A program made the translations under genes and the position numbers. From a bacterium (GTDB lineage: Bacteria > Pseudomonadota > Gammaproteobacteria > GCA-002705445 > GCA-002716945), in contig JAPOHH010000001.1 of NCBI GenBank assembly GCA_029979505.1, forward strand, positions 55,034 through 119,033: a stretch of DNA of 64,000 nucleotides, written 5' to 3'. This document shows, one piece after another, positions 9,566 through 18,846 of the stretch. Under the pieces are notes generated by a model. It was given only the letters and a program-made list of their open reading frames with translations. It had not been told where the DNA came from and searched no databases. Position 1 is the first letter of the stretch. Each line of letters begins with the position of its first letter.

Positions 9566-11082
9566 TTCGAGTTAATAATTAAATTATCTCCTGCCGTCAG
9601 ATATTTCTTATTTTTAAGTTTATTGTCAGTAACAAGTTTGTCTTTACTTACTCCAAACCCCCTAACAATCTGATCATATCTCTCTCCAGAGTTAACTACA
9701 TATCTTAGTGACTGTACTTTTTTACTTTTACTTAAGATTGGTCCTTTAAGTTTTATTTTAACCAATGAATTAATTCTTAACTTAGTTTTCTTATTTGCAT
9801 CATTCCACAATAGTAACGTTTTCAAGGAAACATCATATTTTTTCGCAATTTTGTACCAATTATCATATCTTTTGACAATATGATTGTATGTAATTTCTTT
9901 TTTATTAATATAATATTTCTGATTATTAATAGTTATAAATTCTTTATTACTTACATTTAATTCAGATGGTATTTTTATATTTTGATTAATGTATATCGTA
10001 TTACCTGATATAGAATTAACTTTTTTTATTGAATCAATTTTTACATTATATATTCTTGATATTTTATAAAGACTATCACCTTTTTTAACTTTGTAGACTT
10101 TGTTTTCGTATATGATACTTGAGAGTTTTTTATATCTACTTTTAAATAGTTTTGATTCTTTATTGGGTAATAGTAATGTATTTTGTTGTGCTGGATCAAT
10201 AATCCACGTACTGTATCCAGGGTTTAGATTCATTAATTTCTCTTGAGGGAGCCCTGTAATTATGGCGAGAGTTTGGAAATCTATAGGATCATAAAATTTT
10301 ACCCTACTAGTTTGTTTCTTATTATTTAATTTAGGTAAATTGAAACCATATTTACTTGGATTTTTAATTATTTTTGCTAAAGCTAATAGTCTAGGAACAT
10401 ATAATTCTGTTTCTCTTGGTAAATCTAAATCCCAATATGATGGTTTAGTAAATATATTATTCGCTCTGTCAATTGCTTTACCAACATTTCCAGCTCCAGT
10501 ATTGTATGATGCAATAGCTAATAACCAGTTACCTCTAAAATGCCGATGCATATCTCCTAAAAAATAAGTAGCGGCTTTTGTTGATTCTAATACATCTCTT
10601 CTGCCGTCATATAGCCAATTCATCTTTAACCCATATTCTCTTGCAGTAGGTGGAATGAATTGCCATATACCTGCTGCTCGAGATGCTGAGTAAGCAAACG
10701 GTTGAAAACCACTTTCTACCATTGGCAGTAAAGATAGCTCATATGGGAGATTCCTCCTTTCAAGATGTCCAAGTATGTGAAATAGATATGGCCTTGCTCT
10801 TTCAATTGATCGATATACAAACTCTTTATTTCTTTTCATCCAATTAAGTTCTTTGTTAATCCTGCTTGAGTTTATATGATTAAAACATAGGCCAGATCTT
10901 ATTCGATGCCATATATCCTTAAAATCTTTATTAATTAATGTCTTAGTTTCGCAGGTACTTTTATTACTAAAGCTTGTAGTGTCAAGAGGAAATTGAGAAA
11001 GATTAGATATTGTAGATTGCTGACAGCCAGAAATGACGAAAACTGCTATTATAAAAATATATTTTTTATACACCACTAACAA
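9562..11082 (-). CDS. mltD: Membrane-bound lytic murein transglycosylase D (SLT domain plus LysM repeats), lipoprotein
   Basis: Lipobox ...ISGC; SLT catalytic region ESGFQPFAYSASRAAGIWQFIPPTA; C-terminal LysM-like repeats. Confidence 0.85.
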   Translation of the reverse strand: MLVVYKKYIFIIAVFVISGCQQSTISNLSQFPLDTTSFSNKSTCETKTLINKDFKDIWHRIRSGLCFNHINSSRINKELNWMKRNKEFVYRSIERARPYLFHILGHLERRNLPYELSLLPMVESGFQPFAYSASRAAGIWQFIPPTAREYGLKMNWLYDGRRDVLESTKAATYFLGDMHRHFRGNWLLAIASYNTGAGNVGKAIDRANNIFTKPSYWDLDLPRETELYVPRLLALAKIIKNPSKYGFNLPKLNNKKQTSRVKFYDPIDFQTLAIITGLPQEKLMNLNPGYSTWIIDPAQQNTLLLPNKESKLFKSRYKKLSSIIYENKVYKVKKGDSLYKISRIYNVKIDSIKKVNSISGNTIYINQNIKIPSELNVSNKEFITINNQKYYINKKEITYNHIVKRYDNWYKIAKKYDVSLKTLLLWNDANKKTKLRINSLVKIKLKGPILSKSKKVQSLRYVVNSGERYDQIVRGFGVSKDKLVTDNKLKNKKYLTAGDNLIINSN

Positions 11083-11090
11083 TTTATCAT

Positions 11091-11825
11091 ATGGTATTAT
11101 TTATTTCTATAGAGATGATTCTACAAGAGAATAACAATACTAAGATACAGCTAAAGCAATGGTATAAAAATCCTGCTGGTCAATACTTTAAAAAAATCAT
11201 AATTCATGAATTGGAGTCAACCAGAGATCTTTATCAGGGTAGACATACCTTGTTTTGTGGGTCTTCAGAATATAAAAAGCTTTTTCAAAAAACGAAAACA
11301 GGCACGTTTTTTAGTATTGATGAGGATGTTCTTATTTCAAGCGCAAATTTAGCAAAAAAATTGCCCTTTGAAGATAATTCTCACGATGTAATAATTTTAT
11401 CTCATGGTCTAGAGTATACACATAACCCTTATCTCTTAATGAGAGAAATAGACAGAATTGCCACTGATGATGCGACAATTGTTGTAATAGGTTTTAATAA
11501 GTATAGTTTATGGTCACTTGTAAAAATATTTTCTTCTAAACCACCATGGAATATTAACTTTCTTTCACCATATATAATTAAGGAGTGGTTCAAGCTATTA
11601 GAATATAAAACTAATTATCAAAAAACATTTGGCTTGTTACCATATCTCGGTAAAAGTATTGCATCATTTCTATCTAATATTTCCTTTCTTCATAAAATTA
11701 TTAGAAATAAATTTGGAGGTATCACTATTTTTACATATAGAAAGAGAGTAATACCTCTTACTCCTCAAAAAGTAGTATTTAATAAAACTTATAAAGTCTC
11801 AAACTTAGCGAAAAACAATATATGA
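11091..11825 (+). CDS. Class I SAM-dependent methyltransferase (YafS-like)
   Basis: Position matches E. coli mltD / yafS-rnhA-dnaQ synteny. Methyltransferase-type core around DVIILSHGLEY. Start is uncertain; an internal Met is possible. Confidence 0.5.
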   Translation: MVLFISIEMILQENNNTKIQLKQWYKNPAGQYFKKIIIHELESTRDLYQGRHTLFCGSSEYKKLFQKTKTGTFFSIDEDVLISSANLAKKLPFEDNSHDVIILSHGLEYTHNPYLLMREIDRIATDDATIVVIGFNKYSLWSLVKIFSSKPPWNINFLSPYIIKEWFKLLEYKTNYQKTFGLLPYLGKSIASFLSNISFLHKIIRNKFGGITIFTYRKRVIPLTPQKVVFNKTYKVSNLAKNNI

Positions 11826-12259
11826 TTAAGATATATACAGATGGAGCATGCAGCGGGAACCCAGGCCCTGGAGGCTGGGGTTTTGTAATTATAGACGGAA
11901 CAAACACGAAATCATTATCTGGAAGCGAATCATCGACAACAAATAATAGAATGGAACTGACTGCAGCAATTAAAGCAATAGAAACATTAGATGCTGCATC
12001 GACAGTTACACTGCATACAGATTCTACTTACTTACAAAAAGGAATTACTGAATGGATAATGAATTGGAAAAAAAATAACTGGGTTACTAGTAATAAGAAA
12101 CCAGTATCAAATAAAGATCTTTGGTTACAGCTTGATGAATATACACAATCACTCAATATCACTTGGGTCTGGGTAAAGGCGCATCAAACTAATGATGATG
12201 AAGATTCAATTTATAACAATATGGCTGACGAACTTGCAACAAAAGCAATCATTAAATGA
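11822..12259 (+). CDS. rnhA: Ribonuclease HI
   Basis: IYTDGACSGNPGPGGWG motif. Confidence 0.9.
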   Translation: MIKIYTDGACSGNPGPGGWGFVIIDGTNTKSLSGSESSTTNNRMELTAAIKAIETLDAASTVTLHTDSTYLQKGITEWIMNWKKNNWVTSNKKPVSNKDLWLQLDEYTQSLNITWVWVKAHQTNDDEDSIYNNMADELATKAIIK

Positions 12260-12906
12260 GATATATAGTTTTAGATACTGAGACTACTGGTCTTGACCCT
12301 GACGATGGTCATAAGATTATAGAGATTGGATGTATTGAAATTATTGATAGAAAAGTTACAGATAATACTTTTCATAAATACCTTAACCCAAAAAGAGAAA
12401 TAGATGTTGAAGCCTCTAAAGTACATGGTTTAACTGCAAGTAATTTAAGCGATAAGCCTGTATTCGAAGACATTTATTCAGAATTTCTTACTTACATATC
12501 TGATTCTCCATTAATCATACATAATGCACCATTCGATATTGGTTTTTTAAAAAAAGAATTTTCTTACATAAAATCTGCCAATAGTTTTTTTACCAACGAG
12601 ATAATCGATAGCCTAAAACTAGCAAGAAAGATAAGTCCGGGTAAAAAAAATACATTGGATGCACTTTGTGAAAGATACTCTGTAGATAATTCTGACAGAA
12701 ACCTTCATGGCGCTCTATTAGATGCAAGATTACTAGCTTTTGTATATTTAAAATTAACTATTGGTCAAAATGACTTTGCTGAATTAACATCTGAAAATAA
12801 TATTAATATCAGAAATGAGGTTAACTCTAGTGAAGAATTCAAGGTGATATATGCAAGCCCAGAAGATGTTGATTTACATGATAATTATTTTAAAAAATCA
12901 AACTAA
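12256..12906 (+). CDS. dnaQ: DNA polymerase III epsilon subunit (3'-5' exonuclease)
   Basis: Exo I motif VLDTETTGL. Confidence 0.9.
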   Translation: MRYIVLDTETTGLDPDDGHKIIEIGCIEIIDRKVTDNTFHKYLNPKREIDVEASKVHGLTASNLSDKPVFEDIYSEFLTYISDSPLIIHNAPFDIGFLKKEFSYIKSANSFFTNEIIDSLKLARKISPGKKNTLDALCERYSVDNSDRNLHGALLDARLLAFVYLKLTIGQNDFAELTSENNINIRNEVNSSEEFKVIYASPEDVDLHDNYFKKSN

Positions 12907-13344
12907 TTTTTTTAACCTATCTTTTTGTCGTTGCCAATCCTTATTTTTTTGATCTTCTCTTTTATCGTGTAGTTTTTTTCCTTTTGAGAGGGCAATTTCG
13001 ATTTTAATTAATCCATTTTTTGAGTAAATTTTCAAAGGTACTAATGTTAGTCCTTTTTGACTTATTTGCCCATCTAACATATTTATTTCTTTTCTATTCA
13101 AGAGTAGTTTCCTATTAGCTGTCGGATTCTGTAAATCCGAATAATTTTTAGCACTTAGTGGTTTTATATGTGCATTATTTAAATATACTTCACTTTTTTT
13201 GATGGAAATATAGCTCTCTGACAGTTGGCCGTTACCGGATTTGAGGCTTTTAACTTCCCATCCAGCAAGCATCATACCAGCTTCAATTTTCTTAATAAAA
13301 GCATATTTAAATGCTGCTTTCTTGTTGTTGCATAAGACATTCAT
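12898..13344 (-). CDS. smpB: SsrA-binding protein
   Basis: Conserved SmpB core GWEVKSLKSG...; 148 aa. Confidence 0.9.
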   Translation of the reverse strand: MNVLCNNKKAAFKYAFIKKIEAGMMLAGWEVKSLKSGNGQLSESYISIKKSEVYLNNAHIKPLSAKNYSDLQNPTANRKLLLNRKEINMLDGQISQKGLTLVPLKIYSKNGLIKIEIALSKGKKLHDKREDQKNKDWQRQKDRLKKLV

Positions 13345-13395
13345 AAAACTTTCTTCTTCAGGTATAATCTGATTATAGCATAAAGGAGTTGTGTC

Positions 13396-14826
13396 ATTTC
13401 TAATAAGAGACTTTCAATTCATGGCCAATGGTCATCAAAAATACTATTTATATTTGCTGCAACAGGCTCTGCTGTTGGTTTAGGTAATATTTGGAAATTC
13501 CCATGGATGACGGCTGAAAGTGGGGGAGGTGCATTTGTTCTTATCTATGTCTTGAGCGTTATTTTTCTTGCTTTGCCTATTATGGCAGCAGAAATCCTTA
13601 TTGGTAAAAGGGGTAAACAAAACCCAATTAATAGCATGAGAACATTATCATATGAATCTAGTTATTTTTATAAAAATCAAACTGATAAAAATCTCAAACG
13701 AACAATTAAAGTGAAAGAAAGCTTTAAAGATAAAGAAATATTTTCAAACTGGGAATTAGTTGGCTGGATGGGGATTTTAGCAGGCATATTTATCTTATCC
13801 TTTTATAGTGTAATTGCAGGCTGGACAATCTCTTATATCCTTAAATCGATAACTGGATCATTTACATTGATTACTGCAGCTGGATCAAGTTCAAAGTTCC
13901 AGGCATTTATTTCTGATCCTGAAAAGCTAATCTTGTGGCATACAATCTTTATGATTTTAACATGTTATATAGTATCAAAAGGTGTGAAAAGCGGCATAGA
14001 GAAAGCAATTAAATTCTTAATTCCGGGATTATTTTTAATATTAATAGGTTTGGCGATTTATGCATCTTCACTGTCTGGCTTTTCTGAGGCTATGACATAT
14101 TTTTTCATTGCAGATTTTGAAAAAATTAACAGCTCAGTTGTATTATCAGCCATGAGCATGGCTTTTTTTTCTTTAAGTATAGGAATGGGCTCCTTGATGG
14201 TTTACGGGTCATATCTCCCTGATGATACTTCCATATTTCAAGTTAGTTCCGCTGTAGCATTCTCTGACACGCTTGTAGCTATTTTGGCAGGTATAATAAT
14301 ATTTCCTATTGTTTTCACATATAATTTAGATCCTAATACTGCTGGTCCAGGACTGATATTTGAGACACTGCCTATTGCCTTTGGAGCTATGCACTACGGT
14401 TCAATTATATCAGCAGCTTTTTTCATATTATTGTTTTTTGCGGCTATAACATCATCTATTTCTCTAATTGAACCAGCAATTACTTTTGTTGTAGAAAAAT
14501 ATTATGTATCAAGATTATATGCAACGAATGTACTAGGTGTCGTCACATGGGTTCTAGGGATATTTACAGTACTTTCATTTAATAGCCTTTCAGATTTTAC
14601 ATTTTTTGGTATGACTATTTTTGATAACTTAGACTATTTAACTTCTAAAATTATGTTACCTCTTGGCGGGTTGCTAATGGCGTTATTTGTTGGCTATGTA
14701 GTAAAAAAATCATTTGTACTACAAGAATTAAATTCAAATACAATGCTCATTCAATTTTGGTTTATAATACTCAAAATATTATCACCTTTATTATTAGTCT
14801 TGATATTTATCCAAGGGATTTTATAA
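13396..14826 (+). CDS. Sodium-dependent transporter, SNF (neurotransmitter:sodium symporter) family; probable non-ATG (ATT) start
   Basis: TM1 motif QWSSKILFIFAATGSAVGLGNIWKFP lies upstream of the first in-frame ATG (13507). The frame is open back to TAA at 13381 with no ATG, GTG or TTG. AAGGAG (13383-13388) sits 7 nt before ATT at 13396. Confidence 0.75.
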   Translation: MSNKRLSIHGQWSSKILFIFAATGSAVGLGNIWKFPWMTAESGGGAFVLIYVLSVIFLALPIMAAEILIGKRGKQNPINSMRTLSYESSYFYKNQTDKNLKRTIKVKESFKDKEIFSNWELVGWMGILAGIFILSFYSVIAGWTISYILKSITGSFTLITAAGSSSKFQAFISDPEKLILWHTIFMILTCYIVSKGVKSGIEKAIKFLIPGLFLILIGLAIYASSLSGFSEAMTYFFIADFEKINSSVVLSAMSMAFFSLSIGMGSLMVYGSYLPDDTSIFQVSSAVAFSDTLVAILAGIIIFPIVFTYNLDPNTAGPGLIFETLPIAFGAMHYGSIISAAFFILLFFAAITSSISLIEPAITFVVEKYYVSRLYATNVLGVVTWVLGIFTVLSFNSLSDFTFFGMTIFDNLDYLTSKIMLPLGGLLMALFVGYVVKKSFVLQELNSNTMLIQFWFIILKILSPLLLVLIFIQGIL

Positions 14827-14828
14827 GT

Positions 14829-15266
14829 ATGAAAAAAATTTATAAAGAAGAAGAAATTAATGTCAGCGTCCCAATAATTTTTAATCTTATAAATAATATC
14901 GAGCAATACCCAAACTTCCTACCTTGGTGTACTAAAACTGAAGTTACTAATGAATTTGAGAATATTAATATTGGAAAAATCTTTATTTCAAAAAGTTTTA
15001 TTAATTGGAGCTTCTCTACAAAGAATACTGTGGAACAAAATAAATCTATTTCTTTGTCATTAATCGATGGACCTTTTGATGAGCTTGATGGACGATGGTT
15101 ATTCAAAAAGATAGATGATAACAATACACATGTCTCTCTTGAGATTAATTATAAATTTAAAAATTCCTTAATTGAATTATCAATTGAACCTATATTCACC
15201 ACTATTATGAATTCAATACTTGAATCTTTCATCGACCAAGCTTTTAAGATTAAATATAATGATTGA
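14829..15266 (+). CDS. ratA: RatA/YfjG-like SRPBCC (polyketide cyclase/COQ10-like) protein
   Basis: Conserved LPWC motif region (NIEQYPNFLPWCTKTEV). smpB / ratA-ratB synteny as in E. coli. Start placed at 14829, just after the transporter stop, rather than the track's 14757. Confidence 0.65.
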   Translation: MKKIYKEEEINVSVPIIFNLINNIEQYPNFLPWCTKTEVTNEFENINIGKIFISKSFINWSFSTKNTVEQNKSISLSLIDGPFDELDGRWLFKKIDDNNTHVSLEINYKFKNSLIELSIEPIFTTIMNSILESFIDQAFKIKYND

Positions 15267-15504
15267 AGTCATAGTTTGTAAAGCTACTAATGATTACCAT
15301 GCAGAGCACCTTATATTAAACGAAGGAACAACGCTTCATGAATTAATTACCAAGGTATTTAAAATGAATGCTGAGACCGTTAAAGTAGGTGTTTATGGAA
15401 AACTCAAAGAACTTAGTTATACACTTAAGGATAAAGATAGGGTAGAATTTTATGAGGACATAGTTACAAGTCCTAAAATTGCACGTAAAAAGAGAAAATT
15501 GTAA
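15259..15504 (+). CDS. ratB: RnfH/YfjF (RatB) family ubiquitin-like small protein
   Basis: MIEVIVCKA... N-terminus typical of the UPF0125/RnfH family. 8-nt overlap with ratA; same frame as the longer track ORF. Confidence 0.6.
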   Translation: MIEVIVCKATNDYHAEHLILNEGTTLHELITKVFKMNAETVKVGVYGKLKELSYTLKDKDRVEFYEDIVTSPKIARKKRKL

Positions 15505-15957
15505 ATGGCTGCTCAAAACACTAAAGATGATAATATTAACAAGCTCAAAGAGGCTGGGTTAAAAGTAACTCATTCTCGTTGTAAAATATTAGAACTCTTT
15601 CAATCCTCACCTGACGAGCATTATACGGCAGATAAACTCAAAGATATGTTATCAGATAGCGGGGAGACAATTGGTTTAGCAACCATATATAGAGTTCTTA
15701 CTCAGCTTGAAATGGCAGATTTAATTCAAAAAAATAATTTCGATGATAATCAGTCAGCATATGAAATAAAAAAATCACATCATGACCATTTGATATGCAC
15801 TAAATGTGGAAATATAATTGAATTTGTGAATTCTGATTTAGAAAAACTTCAGGAACGTATCTCAAAAGAATATAATTTTACATTAGAATCCCACGTGATG
15901 ACGCTTTTTGGCAATTGTAATAGTCAAAACTGCAAAAATCAAAATAAAACTAAATGA
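15505..15957 (+). CDS. fur: Ferric uptake regulator family transcriptional repressor
   Basis: Matches the Fur N-terminal DNA-binding region. Metal-site motif HHDHLICTKCGNIIEF. Confidence 0.8.
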   Translation: MAAQNTKDDNINKLKEAGLKVTHSRCKILELFQSSPDEHYTADKLKDMLSDSGETIGLATIYRVLTQLEMADLIQKNNFDDNQSAYEIKKSHHDHLICTKCGNIIEFVNSDLEKLQERISKEYNFTLESHVMTLFGNCNSQNCKNQNKTK

Positions 15958-15959
15958 AG

Positions 15960-16799
15960 CTAAGACTTGTTATCGTATCTTAGTTTTTTAGACAACATCT
16001 TAAAATAATCATAGTCATATGGATGTATAATTTGAAGTTGTCTTGAAGCTTTCTTTATCGAAATCGTATCTGGATTTTTTATCGTTAAATTATTGGCGCC
16101 ATCAAATGTCACTTGAGAATCTAAAATAGATTTTTTATTTAATTTAATTGTAATTTTGTCAGTATTATTAATTATAACAGATCTCTGTCCATATGAATGA
16201 GGAGCTATTGGTACTATACAGATAACATTTGATTGCGGACTGACGATAGGACAACCATTTGACATAGCATACGCTGTGGAACCAGTTGGTGTCGAAATAA
16301 TAATTCCATCGGATCTTTGTTTATTTATAAGATTCTGATTAACATAGATATCCATTTCTATCATTTTAAGTTTACCAAAATTATTTATAACAATATCATT
16401 CAATGAAATAGATTTATAACTAGAATTATTAGATATTACAGAACCAGATAACATTGTCCTTTTGTCTACAATATAATTACCATCAAGTATTTCAAGTATT
16501 TTTGACTGAAAATGTTTTTTATCTAGATCAGCTAAGAATCCGATTCTTCCAAAATTAAGGCCTAGTACAGGAAGAGCTTTTTTATAAGCGTATTTTGAAG
16601 CAGAGATAAAAACACCATCACCACCTATTGATAACACAAGATCGTATTTTTTTTTATTTGTGCTGTTACTTTTGAATTCAATAGCATGTATATCAACGCA
16701 AGAGCATTTCTTTGATAAATATTTTACAATATCTTTTGTCTCCTTTTTTTTAAGAAACGTAGATGATGTGTAGATTAAAATCTTTTTAAATTTTTTCAA
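15960..16799 (-). CDS. nadK: NAD kinase
   Basis: GGDG motif (LSIGGDGV) and conserved NAD-kinase motif DGIIISTPTGSTAYAMS. Confidence 0.9.
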   Translation of the reverse strand: MKKFKKILIYTSSTFLKKKETKDIVKYLSKKCSCVDIHAIEFKSNSTNKKKYDLVLSIGGDGVFISASKYAYKKALPVLGLNFGRIGFLADLDKKHFQSKILEILDGNYIVDKRTMLSGSVISNNSSYKSISLNDIVINNFGKLKMIEMDIYVNQNLINKQRSDGIIISTPTGSTAYAMSNGCPIVSPQSNVICIVPIAPHSYGQRSVIINNTDKITIKLNKKSILDSQVTFDGANNLTIKNPDTISIKKASRQLQIIHPYDYDYFKMLSKKLRYDNKS

Positions 16800-16842
16800 T
16801 ACTATCTCCCATGCGCATAATAGTAATGTATTATAAATACAT

Positions 16843-17337
16843 ATGTCTAACTTTACAGAAGAATTAAAAAAAATGCATGTTTTCTTTACAAAACATAAGC
16901 TCTCTCTTACTACAGCAGAGTCGTGTACAGGAGGTTTTATCTCTAAGTCAATAACTGATTTTTCAGGCTCATCAAAATACTATAAAGGCTCCATAATAGC
17001 TTACTCAAATGAGGTAAAAATAAATCTTTTGGGTATATCTGAAGATTTACTCCAGACCCATGGAGCTGTCTCTGAGAGAGTTTCAATTGAGATGGCATCT
17101 GGATTATTAAGAGTTTTGAAATCCGATGTTGCTTTATCAGTCACTGGTATAATGGAAAAAAACGATGACTATTCTCGCAAAGAACCTCAGGTATTCATCA
17201 CAGTAAAATCAGCACATAATCAAACGACTTCTTTTTATGAACTTAATGGAAATAGAGAAGATAATCGTGAAAAAACAGTATATTTTGCTTTTAATTGTTT
17301 AACCGATTTCATTAACAAAAATTACTTGCTATCATAG
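16843..17337 (+). CDS. pncC: NMN amidohydrolase PncC (CinA C-terminal domain)
   Basis: [10 protein letters not shown] motif; located upstream of recA as in E. coli ygaD-recA. Confidence 0.75.
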   Translation: MSNFTEELKKMHVFFTKHKLSLTTAESCTGGFISKSITDFSGSSKYYKGSIIAYSNEVKINLLGISEDLLQTHGAVSERVSIEMASGLLRVLKSDVALSVTGIMEKNDDYSRKEPQVFITVKSAHNQTTSFYELNGNREDNREKTVYFAFNCLTDFINKNYLLS

Positions 17338-17366
17338 ATTATTCAAAAGTTCACCTGAGGAGAAAT

Positions 17367-18404
17367 ATGGAAGAGAATACACAAAAAGCATTAGATTCAG
17401 CTATAAGCCAAATCGAAAAAGAACACGGAAAAGGCGCATTAATGAAATTAGGTGCGGGATCTGCTTATCCTGACATCGAATCCATATCAACAGGTTCACT
17501 AACTTTGGATACAGCATTAGGAATAGGTGGATTACCTAAAGGAAGAGTTGTTGAAATATATGGTCCTGAATCATCTGGGAAAACAACTATGGCCTTACAA
17601 GTTATTGCTCAAGCACAAAAACAAGGTGGAACTGCTGCATTTATAGATGCTGAGCATGCATTAGACCCAAAGTATGCGGAAAATTTAGGCGTGAACATTG
17701 ATGAACTGTTATTATCTCAACCTGATTCTGGTGAGCAAGCTTTAGAAATTGCAGATACACTTGTTCGTTCAGGTGCTATATCTACGCTCGTGATAGATTC
17801 TGTTGCTGCACTTACACCTAAAGCAGAAATAGACGGAGATATGGGAGATTCTCATATGGGTTTGCAAGCTCGTTTAATGTCTCAAGCTCTAAGAAAATTG
17901 ACTGCTAATATTAAAAAATCAAACACATTATTAATATTTATTAATCAAATTAGAATGAAAATAGGTGTGATGTTTGGAAGTCCAGAGACCACAACAGGTG
18001 GAAATGCATTAAAATTCTATTCATCTGTAAGAATGGATATAAGAAGGGTAGGTGCAATTAAGCAAGGTGATGAAATAATTGGCAACGAAACAAGAGTCAA
18101 AGTTGTTAAGAATAAAGTTGCCCCACCATTTAAGATTGCAGAATTTGATATTTATTACGGACAAGGTGTTTCCAAAGAATCTGAATTAATTGATTTAGGC
18201 GTAAAGCATAACATCGTTGATAAGGCAGGCGCATGGTACAGCTACGGTAGCGAGAGAATTGGTCAAGGAAAAGAAAATTCTCGTATTTTCTTAAAAGATA
18301 ACCCAGAAATTGCTAAAGAAATTGAAGATAAAATTATTGCATCAACAACAGGCAAAGAGGTTATGAAAGAAGATAATAACGAAGATGCCAAAGAATCTGA
18401 ATAG
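17367..18404 (+). CDS. recA: Recombinase A
   Basis: Walker [10 protein letters not shown] and overall RecA sequence. Confidence 0.97.
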   Translation: MEENTQKALDSAISQIEKEHGKGALMKLGAGSAYPDIESISTGSLTLDTALGIGGLPKGRVVEIYGPESSGKTTMALQVIAQAQKQGGTAAFIDAEHALDPKYAENLGVNIDELLLSQPDSGEQALEIADTLVRSGAISTLVIDSVAALTPKAEIDGDMGDSHMGLQARLMSQALRKLTANIKKSNTLLIFINQIRMKIGVMFGSPETTTGGNALKFYSSVRMDIRRVGAIKQGDEIIGNETRVKVVKNKVAPPFKIAEFDIYYGQGVSKESELIDLGVKHNIVDKAGAWYSYGSERIGQGKENSRIFLKDNPEIAKEIEDKIIASTTGKEVMKEDNNEDAKESE

Positions 18405-18846
18405 CGACATTACAAAACTTATTACAAAATATTTAAGCATCAGGGAACATTCAAAGTTAGAGCTTAAAACAAAACTCTCGTCTAAGGGTTTTGAAGATAG
18501 TGAAATAGTAGAATGTTTACATGAATTTTCCCTTAAAAATATTCAATCAGATGATAGATTTACAGAAGAGTTTATTAGATCACGATTAAAAAAGAATAAA
18601 GGTCCTAGATTGATTTCATCTGAATTATCAGCAAGAGGAATATCAGATACATTGATTAATGAAAAACTTTTTGAAATATCAGACGATATTTGGCTTAGTG
18701 GCGCCTTAAGCGCTCTAGAAAAAAAAATAAATAACGCACCACTTTTAGATATGAATGATAAAAAAATATATTCTTTTTTAATTGGTCGAGGCTTTGATCA
18801 TAAAATGATAAAATATGCCTTAAATGAATACAAAAATGAACGTTAA
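18385..18846 (+). CDS. recX: RecA regulator RecX
   Basis: Position after recA; helical-repeat protein of matching length. Confidence 0.7.
   Translation: MPKNLNSDITKLITKYLSIREHSKLELKTKLSSKGFEDSEIVECLHEFSLKNIQSDDRFTEEFIRSRLKKNKGPRLISSELSARGISDTLINEKLFEISDDIWLSGALSALEKKINNAPLLDMNDKKIYSFLIGRGFDHKMIKYALNEYKNER

Noticed and set aside
11082-11115. Divergent mltD and yafS-like start codons only 8 bp apart
   Set aside because: Probably an over-extended N-terminus for the methyltransferase; an internal Met (MILQENNN) is available. Not evidence of anything unusual.
13421-13445. Possible programmed -1 frameshift joining the ATG at 13421 (frame of MANGHQK) to the transporter frame across CAAAAAT
   Set aside because: The P-site codon CAA cannot re-pair after a -1 slip. 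The fused product would also lack the conserved QWSS residues. An in-frame ATT with a strong SD explains the gene more simply.
15958-15990. Hairpin (CTAAGA-N12-TCTTAG) plus T-run between convergent fur and nadK, considered as a bidirectional terminator
   Set aside because: The stem lies inside the last codons of nadK and is only 6 bp. It is too weak and too embedded to call.
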